A DNA stretch of 64,000 bases from Candidatus Aenigmatarchaeota archaeon (GCA_016187335.1 JACPJW010000001.1:512001-576000); one strand, 5' to 3'; positions 25,682-34,914 are shown, numbered from the stretch's first letter. Notes: a model not told the origin generated them from the letters alone. Translations and numbers: made by a program.

Positions 25682-27901
25682 TCAAAACCTGTTCTTGAGC
25701 CAGCCCTGCCATTTCTCATAAATCAGAGCGCTGTCCAGTTCGCCTGTTTCCTCTTTTACTTCGCTGCTGATTATGTGGAACATTGAGTTGCTCTCGATGA
25801 CCGTAGGCGCTTCCAGGACCTCAGGGCCTTTTGCTTTTGAATAATCCGTGAGCGTCTTCAGTATGTTCGCGCGCAGCTGGATGTTGCTCCAGATGGAGTC
25901 CCAGTTTCCTTTCCACTCGCGGACGCGCGACGCTATGTCATTTAGAACAACGCTTTCGCCTGTCAGCAGCGTTGATGTGGGCTTCAGCACATCGTCTTTG
26001 GCAGAATACTCCAGCAGGTTGACGAATCCTCCTTCATCCGCAGGGTCGCTTTTCCAGTGCTTTCTCACTTCCGTAAGCTCAACAACCCTGCGGAACGCGT
26101 GCAGGCCGTCGGGCGACCTCAGCATGTTGGCAATGACGATGAGGTCAGTCGCCTTGAAGCTTGTAGGCGGCACGCCCAGGTCGTTAACAACCCTGTCGAA
26201 GACGCCGTAGGCGGATTCGCCATGGATAGTGCCGGCAACTACGTTTGCCAAAGCGCCGATTCTCATTGCTTCGTATAATGCCAGCGCTTCGCGCGAGCGG
26301 ACCTCGCCGACGATGAGCGCGGAATCGCCCAAGCGCAGCGCGGTACGCAGCGCTTCTTCTGCCGGCAATTCCGTTTCCACGCGCGTGATGACAGAACGGG
26401 ATTTCAGCCGCTCGATATTGTATTCAAGTGCGCGCATCTGCTCAACAGGGAGCTCCAAGGTGTCTTCAACCGTGACAATCCTGATCTTCGGCATTATCTG
26501 GACCATGCATGCGCCCAGAAAACTGCTTTTTCCGCTGCTGCGCGTGCCTGCAATCAGCATCGTCCTCGCGCCGTCAATCAGGAACCACAAAAGTCCCGCG
26601 GAGAAAGGGTCAATCATCTTGTTTTGAATGAATAATGGAAATGTCCACGGCTTGTCCCTGTGGCGTCGCAGCGCGAAGCCCAGGCCGTCAGGCGACAGCG
26701 AACGCGTTATAGCCGCGACCCTTGCGCGTCCGCCCGGTACGCTGAGTTCCGTGTCAAGAACGGGATTCGCCTCGTCCAAAGGCCGTCCGGAAAGCAGGCG
26801 GAAGCGCGTTGCCCATGACTCGGCGTCCTCCATGCTGGGAACGATGTTCGTCTCGCACTCCTCGTAAACGCCGTGAAAAACATATATGGGCGAATAGCCC
26901 ACGGGCGAATTCACGGAAATGTCCTGGATGTTCTCGTCCTCAAGGATAAGCTCTATGGTCCCCAATCCCGCCGTGTACCTTGTCAGTATGTCGGCAAGTT
27001 CCTGCAGCCTTTTTTCGGAAATTTCTATTTTATTTACCTTTGACAGATCGCGGAGCATGTCCAGCCCTATCCTGAATAAATTCTCTCTCAGCCTGTGGGG
27101 ATCCTGCAGTTCAACCTCTCTCGGCTCGTGCCTGCCTATGTATCGCCGTGCATTGTCCAGCAATGTATACTCTTCCTCGGCCAGTCGGAATTCCGGCGGA
27201 ATGAGATGGTAAAGTTTGCGCGTTTTTCCATGCATCTGGTATATCTCGACAATGCTGTCGCCGACAGCATAGCGCTCAACCAGTTCGGCGTCAGCAGGCG
27301 GCAGCGTCATGTAGTGCGTATACATGAAGTTCGGCCGCACGGTGGGGTGGAAAAACTTTCTGTACAATGAGCGGTTCTTGTGTTCCGCTAAGTGCGGCTT
27401 CGCTTTCTGGATCAGCAGGCAGCTGTCCAGCAGTTTCTCTATGGGAAGCAGTGCGCTGTTAAGGTAGTGCTGCAGGCAGCTGCGCTTCAGGTCGTCGTAT
27501 TCCCGCTGCGCCCTCACGCTTGTGTGCCTGATCTCCCTCAGCAGTTGCTTGTAGGCTTCTATGGGGTCGTAGCGCATCTCGGCAACAAATTTCTGCAGGA
27601 ACTCGTAGCGCGGCGCCGCGTCGTCCTCGCACCCCCGTATGACGACGTTCTTGATGCTTATTACTTCCTTCATGGTGCGTTCCAGCGCCAGGGCAATTTC
27701 CAGCAGCATCTTGGATTCGCTGAAGTCGTATTCATGCTCCCGCGTGTCCGCAAGAACAATCCTGACTGATTTTTTTATCTCCATGAGCTTGTCTATTGTC
27801 GCGGCCATCCATACCGGATAGTCCTCTATGCTGGCGCCGTAAACGCTCTTCAGGACGTTCATCCTTATGCGCTGGTTCTCCTCGTCATATTCATACGCCA
27901 T
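25682..27901 (-). CDS. Type II/IV secretion system ATPase (TadA/CpaF/ArlI-like) with long N-terminal extension
   Basis: Walker A AGTRSSGKS, TVEDTLEL, ALRLGDSALIVGEVR, GTIHG. Confidence 0.93.
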   Translation of the reverse strand: MAYEYDEENQRIRMNVLKSVYGASIEDYPVWMAATIDKLMEIKKSVRIVLADTREHEYDFSESKMLLEIALALERTMKEVISIKNVVIRGCEDDAAPRYEFLQKFVAEMRYDPIEAYKQLLREIRHTSVRAQREYDDLKRSCLQHYLNSALLPIEKLLDSCLLIQKAKPHLAEHKNRSLYRKFFHPTVRPNFMYTHYMTLPPADAELVERYAVGDSIVEIYQMHGKTRKLYHLIPPEFRLAEEEYTLLDNARRYIGRHEPREVELQDPHRLRENLFRIGLDMLRDLSKVNKIEISEKRLQELADILTRYTAGLGTIELILEDENIQDISVNSPVGYSPIYVFHGVYEECETNIVPSMEDAESWATRFRLLSGRPLDEANPVLDTELSVPGGRARVAAITRSLSPDGLGFALRRHRDKPWTFPLFIQNKMIDPFSAGLLWFLIDGARTMLIAGTRSSGKSSFLGACMVQIMPKIRIVTVEDTLELPVEQMRALEYNIERLKSRSVITRVETELPAEEALRTALRLGDSALIVGEVRSREALALYEAMRIGALANVVAGTIHGESAYGVFDRVVNDLGVPPTSFKATDLIVIANMLRSPDGLHAFRRVVELTEVRKHWKSDPADEGGFVNLLEYSAKDDVLKPTSTLLTGESVVLNDIASRVREWKGNWDSIWSNIQLRANILKTLTDYSKAKGPEVLEAPTVIESNSMFHIISSEVKEETGELDSALIYEKWQGWLKNRF

Positions 27902-27995
27902 ATGCTATAATTCTGGCCTTCGCACTATAAATTTTTCCTTCTTGGCATTAACCTTAATATACAGGGCAAAACAACAATAATTCGTAGGAGATATT

Positions 27996-28361
27996 ATGCC
28001 CAAAGAAGACATCACGCGCGTCTATTCCATCCTGCAGGAACTGGTCAGGCGCAGCACCGAGATGAACACAAGGATGCGCATGCTTGAGCAGCGCCTTGAC
28101 GGCGTCGAGTCGCGTCTGGCGTCCGTGGAGTCATCAACCATGGAAAGGACAAAGAAAACAAATACGAAGTACGTGGAGATAGATGTAACTCTAAGAAATT
28201 TAAACGACGAGATACTAAGAATAAAAAACAACCTCGAGAAAATCAACCGGCAGGTAGGCAAGTTTGCGCGCAAAAGGGATGTCCGCGAGATTGAAAAGAT
28301 GATGGAGCTCCTCGGTCCTTCCAGGTATAAGCTGCCCGTTGAGGAAGAGGTTGAAAGCTGA
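27996..28361 (+). CDS. Coiled-coil hypothetical protein
   Basis: Heptad-rich 121-aa ORF divergent from the ATPase. Confidence 0.7.
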   Translation: MPKEDITRVYSILQELVRRSTEMNTRMRMLEQRLDGVESRLASVESSTMERTKKTNTKYVEIDVTLRNLNDEILRIKNNLEKINRQVGKFARKRDVREIEKMMELLGPSRYKLPVEEEVES

Positions 28362-28556
28362 ATTCCAATGCGGAAACCAGCGCTATATATAAATATAGTG
28401 AATGACATAATATTTCATACAAAATTGATGTCATTCACATATAGCACTGACAAACTATTATGTATAATAACTTTTGTCAGATGCTATAGCAGGAAAATCA
28501 AATAAGTTAAGGCAGAATATTGTCCCTGACATTCCGCTTTGGTACGAGTTGATAAA

Positions 28557-29219
28557 ATGCTGTTTTTCGGAAAAAAGAAGCAGGAAGAAAAGCTTATCCC
28601 GCCCGCAGAAGTGGAGCGGATGGCAAAAATGGGCCTGAGCGACAAGGACATAATCAAGTACCTGAAGGCGCAGGGCTATTCCTATCCGGAAATTGAGAAA
28701 GCCATGATGGCTGCAGTCAAGAAAGGGGCGACGGAAGAGCCGCAGCAATCGCAATTGCAGGCGCCTGTCCAGAAAGAAGCGGCAAAGGCGCCCGACCTGC
28801 CCGACCTGCCCGAGATAAGCAGCGAGCCCACTTTTGAAGAGGAGCTTGGCATGGGCGCCGAGCCCGAGATGGACATCAACCCGGAAGTCATTGTCGAGGA
28901 GCTCGTTGAAGGCGTTGTGAATGAGAAATGGCAGAAATTCGAGGAAAGGATGAACCGCACAGAAGACGAGCTGAACAAGCTTCACGCGGATTTGCAGCAG
29001 TCCCTGAGCAGGCTGGAATCCATAAAGCACGAGCCCCACGGCAAGGAAAGCGATGCCAAAATTCAGGAGTTGTCCGAGCAATTAGAAGAATTACAGGCGC
29101 GCGTCGGCGGCCTTGAAAAGGCCTTCAAGCAGTTCCTGCCCGCGCTGACGAAGAACATAGAATCGCTGTCGAACATGATTCACGAGATGAAGGAAAAGCG
29201 CGGCGTTGTGGAAGCTTGA
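28557..29219 (+). CDS. Protein with N-terminal helical domain, acidic linker and C-terminal coiled coil
   Basis: PPAEVERM...GLSDKDII.YL..QGY, then long heptad repeats. Confidence 0.72.
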   Translation: MLFFGKKKQEEKLIPPAEVERMAKMGLSDKDIIKYLKAQGYSYPEIEKAMMAAVKKGATEEPQQSQLQAPVQKEAAKAPDLPDLPEISSEPTFEEELGMGAEPEMDINPEVIVEELVEGVVNEKWQKFEERMNRTEDELNKLHADLQQSLSRLESIKHEPHGKESDAKIQELSEQLEELQARVGGLEKAFKQFLPALTKNIESLSNMIHEMKEKRGVVEA

Positions 29220-29256
29220 CCAAAAAATGAGACGTAGTTTTTAGCGGGTTTTTGAT

Positions 29257-29475
29257 ATGATGAAATTGAACAAGGAAACAACGCTTGCGTCAACGCTGTT
29301 TTTCCTGGGCGTTTCGGCATTGAGCCTTTTCCTGCTTTCCGTTTACCAGAGCCTGACGTTTCCTTTCGGCAACGAAACCGTCACGGGATTCCTCTCCGTG
29401 CTTTACATAGCATCCACGCTGCTGACTGGCGTGTTTTCACTGCTCGCTTTCTGGCATCATGTCAAGAGGAAGTAA
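29257..29475 (+). CDS. Small 2-TM membrane protein
   Basis: 72 aa, two hydrophobic helices. Confidence 0.65.
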   Translation: MMKLNKETTLASTLFFLGVSALSLFLLSVYQSLTFPFGNETVTGFLSVLYIASTLLTGVFSLLAFWHHVKRK

Positions 29476-29478
29476 GCC

Positions 29479-30372
29479 CTATTTTTTCACGCACAGTTCA
29501 TTGCTGTTTTCTTTATTCTCTGGTTTGCAATCAAGGTTGCACGCGTCTTCTTTGCAGGCTCGCTCGTTCATGAAGACAAACCATTCAGGGTTGTAGATAT
29601 TGTAGTAGTCTCCGCAACTTTTTACGTTGGAGCAAGGGACGCACTTTCCAAGCTCAGGAACGACATAGTATGCAATGCCTATTCCTGCAAGAACGACAAT
29701 TATTGCAGGACCTAACCTTTCTTCTCCCAATTGCTTCGATATGTAGCCTGATGATGCAAGCACTGCAAACTGAGGAAATCCGTTAAAGCCCAGAAAGTAG
29801 CATTTGTCCGGGGATTCCCTGTTTGACTGCTCACAGTTTTTTCTTGTTGTCAGGAAAGACGCGCACGTAACGGGTTCTTTAGGAGTGAAAGGTTTTGACT
29901 GGCTCTGTGCAGCAGCCCCTGTTATCATGTCGCTGACGTCGCTGTAAGCAACAAGGTCGTTTTCAACCGCATACTGGGCTGTCAGCATGTTGGACTTTGC
30001 AACCAGCGGCTCGCCCAGTTCTTCTGAAGCGACCGCCCCCAAATCTTCTCCCGCTTCGCATTTATCTGCAATGTAGTTTTCCCAAAGGCCTGTTTTTTCG
30101 TTTACACCGCCGCAGACCCTTACCGGGTTTTGTGCTGTGTAGCAGATGCAGTAAGGAACAGAAATCCCTCTGTACACAGCGTCTGTGCAGCTCTCTGAAG
30201 TAAGCATGTAGACTTCATTGTCGTACGCTCCTCTGTCGCATATGCCGTTTTCGTAGCCTATCAGGTTACATTCGCCCGTGCACGAGGCATCGGCTTCCTC
30301 CAGAAGAGCAGCAAATGAAACAGAAGAAAGGATGATTGTAGAAGCCAGAAAAAGAGCGAGGAATTTGCGCAT
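29479..30372 (-). CDS. Secreted/surface Cys-rich protein
   Basis: Signal peptide MRKFLALFLASTIILSSVSFA, many Cys, internal TM-like segment. Confidence 0.7.
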   Translation of the reverse strand: MRKFLALFLASTIILSSVSFAALLEEADASCTGECNLIGYENGICDRGAYDNEVYMLTSESCTDAVYRGISVPYCICYTAQNPVRVCGGVNEKTGLWENYIADKCEAGEDLGAVASEELGEPLVAKSNMLTAQYAVENDLVAYSDVSDMITGAAAQSQSKPFTPKEPVTCASFLTTRKNCEQSNRESPDKCYFLGFNGFPQFAVLASSGYISKQLGEERLGPAIIVVLAGIGIAYYVVPELGKCVPCSNVKSCGDYYNIYNPEWFVFMNERACKEDACNLDCKPENKENSNELCVKK

Positions 30373-30407
30373 GAGTATAATTGCCGCGTCAAATATAAAT
30401 TATAATT

Positions 30408-30878
30408 TCATCCCTTCATCAAAAAGGTTATAGAAGCGCCGATGATGAGGATTACAAGGACAATGCTCCATGTGACGTCAGTGACGCGGATGCCGAAAGC
30501 CGTCCCGGCCGCGACGAAAAACACTATGATGCCCACAGCTACCAAGGCGTACTTCACGCCCCCGCCGCTCATCATCTTGGATACATCACCGCCTGTCATC
30601 GCCAGAAAAAGTATGATTACAAGAAGCCCTGCCAGGACAACCGTGCCGAAGCCGAAAAGCGTTGTGAAGAAGATTGCTATTGCCGGGCCGCCGAACCCGA
30701 CAATGAAGAATGCCAGCACAAGCGATATGGAGCCGATTATTTTCTTGTCCTCACCGAGGACTTTCGTTTTCAGCAGCGCCGCGAAGGTTACGGCAAGAAT
30801 GAACAGGAACGGCAGGAAAAAGCCGAAGAAGCCCATGGCTTCCAGGTTCGTGACAAGGATTTCAAACGGGTTCGCCAT
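30408..30878 (-). CDS. Polytopic membrane protein, paralog 1 of a tandem family
   Basis: FFLPFLFILAVTFAALLKTKVLG..K...SISLVLAFF motif. Confidence 0.78.
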   Translation of the reverse strand: MANPFEILVTNLEAMGFFGFFLPFLFILAVTFAALLKTKVLGEDKKIIGSISLVLAFFIVGFGGPAIAIFFTTLFGFGTVVLAGLLVIILFLAMTGGDVSKMMSGGGVKYALVAVGIIVFFVAAGTAFGIRVTDVTWSIVLVILIIGASITFLMKG

Positions 30879-30956
30879 GATTACCAGTTATTCTTTATCT
30901 GTCGTCCATGCTTAAATTGTTTTGCGGTAACGCACCAAAAATTTCCAAGAAAGAAA

Positions 30957-31469
30957 TTATCCGCCGGCTGCTTTTGGCGCCGGTTTTTCGCCCTCGTCCT
31001 TCCCGCTCATCACGAAGTGCGCCGCTACGAGGACGATGACAACGGCGAAAATCAGGGTTGCCGTGTCGCCGCTGAGCGTGATGCCGAGGAACCCGCCGCC
31101 GGCTGAAGCAAGGAACAGGACAACGGCTATGATTACAACAACAGCTAATGCCCATTCATTCTTGGCCCAGTAGTCTGTTATGTTTCTGCCCAGCATCGCG
31201 CCAAAGAGCAGGACAACTAAAATTCCCGCCAGGAAAACGGATGTCCCGCCGAACAGGTTGATGAAGAAAGCCGCGAGCTGCGGCCCGCCGACAGCAGTAA
31301 CGAAGAATGCAATGACAAAAGCCAGGGCCGCAGATACCTTGTCGTTCTTCTTTTCCCCGAATATGTTTAATTTGATTAACAAGCCGTAAACTATGGCGAA
31401 CGTGAATATCCATGGAAGTATGAATCCGTAGAACTCGGGTCCTAACAACTGGGGAATCTCAACAGCCAC
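30957..31469 (-). CDS. Polytopic membrane protein, paralog 2
   Basis: FILPWIFTFAIVYGLLIKLNIFG...KVSAALAFVIAFF. Confidence 0.78.
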   Translation of the reverse strand: MAVEIPQLLGPEFYGFILPWIFTFAIVYGLLIKLNIFGEKKNDKVSAALAFVIAFFVTAVGGPQLAAFFINLFGGTSVFLAGILVVLLFGAMLGRNITDYWAKNEWALAVVVIIAVVLFLASAGGGFLGITLSGDTATLIFAVVIVLVAAHFVMSGKDEGEKPAPKAAGG

Positions 31470-31602
31470 TTGTAATCACTTGTTATTTTATTGTTGCACT
31501 GGTTTTTATACGTTAGCATGCTTTGTTTTTCAGTCAGGGCAATTACAGCAGAATCACTGCGGACAGGGAGCGAAGCCCGTTAATCCGTCTTGATAGTATC
31601 TG

Positions 31603-32064
31603 CTATTTTGCGGGCTGCTGGTAAGCTACAATAAATACGAGGAGGGCAACCGCAATCCCCAGTATCCACAAAACGTTTGAGGAGCTCAGACCTTCCACTG
31701 GTATGTTTATCCTGTCCCAGAAAGCGCCTAGAAGTATGAGCCCTATGGCAAGCAAGGCAACAGGCGGGAACGCGTCAAAGTGCTCGCCTTCTTTCTTCGG
31801 CTTGAAGACTTCCTTCACAAAAACGAGGAAAAACAATATAACAAGCGGTATCACGAGTATCGGCAGTATGTTAAAAAGCCCTGTCCGGAAAGGCTCAAAG
31901 GACGCGGCGAAAATCCCGAAGACTAAAGCTATTGCCGCGTTGACGTTCTTAGGGAAGCCGAACATCTTTGCGTAAGAAAGAAGCCCGAAGACAATGGCGA
32001 ACACGAAAAGGAACGCGCCCAGGAACGGCAACAGGGCGGGGTCAACAGCAAATTCTACGGCCAT
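31603..32064 (-). CDS. Polytopic membrane protein, paralog 3
   Basis: FLFVFAIVFGLLSYAKMFGFPKNVNAAIALVFGIF. Confidence 0.75.
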   Translation of the reverse strand: MAVEFAVDPALLPFLGAFLFVFAIVFGLLSYAKMFGFPKNVNAAIALVFGIFAASFEPFRTGLFNILPILVIPLVILFFLVFVKEVFKPKKEGEHFDAFPPVALLAIGLILLGAFWDRINIPVEGLSSSNVLWILGIAVALLVFIVAYQQPAK

Positions 32065-32076
32065 TTTATCACGGTT

Positions 32077-32712
32077 TTAAAATCCCGGCAGGCGGCTTCC
32101 TCTTTGCCATTTTCTCATGACATTCAGCTGGGTTTCTATCTCATGCATCTCAGCCTTCAGCGTTGCGCGCTGTTGCCTCAGCTCTGATAATCTCGTCTCC
32201 ATCTTGCCTTTTTCTGCATGTCCGATTTCATCGTCAACAGCTCTCATCATCGCATTTATCCTGTCCTTTTCAATCAAAAGGTCCCGCCTGGGCATGTTTT
32301 CATAATGTGCAAGGCCGGCAGCGCCGGGAGCGCCGCCGCCCGGAGCAGCTGCAGTCCCGCCGCTTCTCCTGCCTGTAAAGTGCTCTATGAAGAAATACAG
32401 CAGGCCCATTATGAATATCAAAAAGAGGAAATAAGGTCCTGCTATCAAGGCGAAGTTCCTGTAGTAGCCGCCGGCTATGATGAACAAATACATGCCGATG
32501 CCAAGAAGAAGCCTTAGCCGGGCAAATATGCCTTCCGGCGGAAATAACCTGCCTACAGTTATGTAGATAACGACTATGATGAAAATGCTCGGAACGATAA
32601 GGAACATTATCAAGTCGTTTATTATGTTTCCCGTGAACGGCGAGCCAGGGTATTCTGTAAATTGCAATATATCCCGGAACAGCATGCCGCCGATGTCGTC
32701 TTCAAATGCCAT
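32077..32712 (-). CDS. Membrane protein with C-terminal coiled coil, divergent paralog 4
   Basis: Three TM helices, Gly/Ala linker, coiled coil. Confidence 0.65.
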   Translation of the reverse strand: MAFEDDIGGMLFRDILQFTEYPGSPFTGNIINDLIMFLIVPSIFIIVVIYITVGRLFPPEGIFARLRLLLGIGMYLFIIAGGYYRNFALIAGPYFLFLIFIMGLLYFFIEHFTGRRSGGTAAAPGGGAPGAAGLAHYENMPRRDLLIEKDRINAMMRAVDDEIGHAEKGKMETRLSELRQQRATLKAEMHEIETQLNVMRKWQRGSRLPGF

Positions 32713-32749
32713 GAGTAAATATTACAGCTTTGTTTAATAAAAAGGTTTT

Positions 32750-32768
32750 CAGAAAGCTGCGCTTTCTG
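32750..32768. repeat. Single type C-like hairpin
   Basis: CAGAAAGC-TGC-GCTTTCTG just past the stop of 32774..33709. Confidence 0.6.
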
Positions 32769-32773
32769 CAGAA

Positions 32774-33709
32774 CTAGTTCATGTCAGGATTGAACTGATT
32801 CATTTTCCATGGATTCATGACAGCAACGCCTTGTTCGAGTTCTCTTGGTATTCTGTAGTCCTCTTTTTCCAATTTAACGAGCTCTGCAAGCGGTATCAGG
32901 TATTCGGGATTTCCGGTATGAAGTGCACGATATCCTAAAAGCATTTTTCCACCCGCATTCGCACCTACTTCTGTTTTTGCCCCTCTTTTAACATCAAGCT
33001 CTGAGTGTCCGCCACCTTCGTGTGCAATTACAGCGGCTGCTATGTAGGGTTTCAATTCTTTGTCAAACAATACTGTGTTTTTTACTCTTTCTCCTTTTCT
33101 AACCTTGACATTGACGCCTGAAATTCTGAAGCCATCATGGCCCGGCTTTTCTCCGAGCCCTTCAGTGAAGTATGAATTGTCAACAGGATAAACTTCTATG
33201 CCTTCTCCTCTTAGAACGCCGCACAAGTCTTCAAGCAATGCCCTGCCGCCGTCGTTTTTGCCGTGTTCTCTGTAAAGCTTTTCTCTGTATTCTTTCCCAC
33301 CCCTTTCTGTTTGTTCCAGTATTGAATAGTAACTCTGTCTTACATCGTGGTCGTCAAACCTAGGCTTGTAGCCCTCGGATAATATATAGTTAAGCATATT
33401 CTGAGCTTCCGGATTGTATGTTTCCATCAGGTGCGTAACCATTTTCCCAGGCGGCGGCTTTATCTTTTCAGGCTCTGCTTTCTCACGGTGCCTTTCTGTC
33501 ATTCTTTTGTTGTACTCTGCTTCGCTTATAGTAACGCCTAATCTCGCGCGGTCCAGCGTATCGTAGAACCAGTGTACCAGTCCTGTGGGCAGAGGAACTT
33601 TACCTGGCAGCCCCTTTTCATGTCTTTCTTTTGTGACGTATGGATATTCACTCCAAGGATTAATTCCTAAAACCTGTCCAAATGCTGGTTTTATGTCTGA
33701 GAAAGCCAT
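32774..33709 (-). CDS. Hypothetical protein with HExxxH zincin-like motif
   Basis: AAVIAHEGGGH...KTEVGAN. Confidence 0.55.
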   Translation of the reverse strand: MAFSDIKPAFGQVLGINPWSEYPYVTKERHEKGLPGKVPLPTGLVHWFYDTLDRARLGVTISEAEYNKRMTERHREKAEPEKIKPPPGKMVTHLMETYNPEAQNMLNYILSEGYKPRFDDHDVRQSYYSILEQTERGGKEYREKLYREHGKNDGGRALLEDLCGVLRGEGIEVYPVDNSYFTEGLGEKPGHDGFRISGVNVKVRKGERVKNTVLFDKELKPYIAAAVIAHEGGGHSELDVKRGAKTEVGANAGGKMLLGYRALHTGNPEYLIPLAELVKLEKEDYRIPRELEQGVAVMNPWKMNQFNPDMN

Positions 33710-33790
33710 AATATCACTACATACTTATACTACAAGGTAGTATATAAAGATTTCGCTACCTGAAAGTAGTGATATTTTGAACCAAGCTTG

Positions 33791-34399
33791 CTAATTAAGC
33801 CGTCTTTGGCGGAATACATCATTGTCGTGCAAGTGGTTGTAAGCCTCAGCCATTCTGGGCGGTATGCCAGGCAAGTTGTCCCTTCCGCCTATTAGAGGTA
33901 TGAAAGCTTTCGGCCCGTTATAACTGAATGCCCCGCCGTCTTCTATGTTGAAGAAGCCTATTGGCGCATAATTTCCACTGTCTACCAGCTTGAAGCCGTA
34001 TGAGGTAGGCCTGACTTTTACATTTATCATCTCATTATCTCCGCCCCCCTGCGCCCGCGCAGTCCGGAAGGCGTGGACATTCCTTGTCGTCACGTTGCGC
34101 CAGAAATCCACCATATCGTAGGCGGTCTTGTCGTCAACCTTGTAAAGAAGATGAGCAGGAAACTGCGAAGGGGCAAAATCGCCGAAGCTGCTTTGTATCC
34201 TGCCTACAGCGCCTAGAAGATAACTTCTGTAGTCCGATAAACTAGCGCCGTCATGGCCTTTCGGAGTCATGTACCCCGGTAGTATTCTTTGCATAGCCAT
34301 ATGGGCGTAGCGGTCAATGCTGTCGCCATCCGAGCCGAATCTCATGCTGCCGGAGCCTGAATTCATTGTTGCACTTGACGAACAAAACGGGCATGCCAT
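33791..34399 (-). CDS. Hypothetical protein with N-terminal CPFC
   Basis: SD-like GGTAGTGA precedes ATG 34399 (MACPFC). Confidence 0.6.
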   Translation of the reverse strand: MACPFCSSSATMNSGSGSMRFGSDGDSIDRYAHMAMQRILPGYMTPKGHDGASLSDYRSYLLGAVGRIQSSFGDFAPSQFPAHLLYKVDDKTAYDMVDFWRNVTTRNVHAFRTARAQGGGDNEMINVKVRPTSYGFKLVDSGNYAPIGFFNIEDGGAFSYNGPKAFIPLIGGRDNLPGIPPRMAEAYNHLHDNDVFRQRRLN

Positions 34400-34458
34400 A
34401 TCTATCACTACCAAGAATTTTTTCAAAATTCTTTCTAGACCATCTTATTTTCCTCCGG

Positions 34459-34638
34459 TCATACAAGCAGGGCGTCCTTGACTCTTTCAATTATGTCCTG
34501 CTTGACGACCTTGGGGATTTCGAGGCGCTTGTAGAATTTGCCGCCGATGACGTGGCTGAACTCCTCGTAATAGTTGCCTTTCTCGTCCACTACAAAGATG
34601 CGGCCGTAGTCATCTTCTATCCTTCTGATGGGCTTCAT
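34459..34638 (-). CDS. 59-aa small protein (not in ORF track)
   Basis: GAGGTG SD then MKPIRRIEDDYGRIFVVDEKGNYYEEFSHVIGGKFYKRLEIPKVVKQDIIERVKDALLV; host-like codon usage. Confidence 0.75.
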   Translation of the reverse strand: MKPIRRIEDDYGRIFVVDEKGNYYEEFSHVIGGKFYKRLEIPKVVKQDIIERVKDALLV

Positions 34639-34656
34639 TTTCTACACCTCGTCCTC

Positions 34657-34742
34657 TTGATGAGCAATTGTGCTCCGCTTGTGGGCATGCGCGCATATAG
34701 CGCGTCGGAACATGGTTCCGTTCGCCCACGGAGCGCTCTCAA
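34657..34742 (-). ncRNA. Putative structured RNA leader (three-way junction) upstream of the 59-aa gene
   Basis: GCTCC-GTGGGC/GCCCAC-GGAGC helix enclosing CGGAAC-CAT-GTTCCG and CGCGC-TATAT-GCGCG. Confidence 0.45.
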
Positions 34743-34914
34743 TTTGACACGGCCATATTTTAATGATTTCTCGCCCGCAGAAGATAGGTTGGCTATGCTT
34801 GGAAGCAGAAAATACAACCAGAAAGCATAGTAAGAGTAAGAGAACTTTTAAGAGAAACTTACTTCTTAGAAATAAGTAAGAAATTATAAAAGGGAGTAAA
34901 CTAAATGAATTTGG

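Noticed and set aside
13171-27901. Archaellum operon
   Set aside because: No archaellin, ArlH, ArlF or ArlG-like sequences are recognisable; the content fits a pilus-like system.
28786-28815. Short tandem CCCGACCTG repeat
   Set aside because: It simply encodes a PDLPDLP low-complexity linker.
34657-34742. SRP RNA, RNase P RNA or a known riboswitch
   Set aside because: No SRP helix 8 motif, no GAGGAAAGUCC, and no riboswitch consensus that I recognise.
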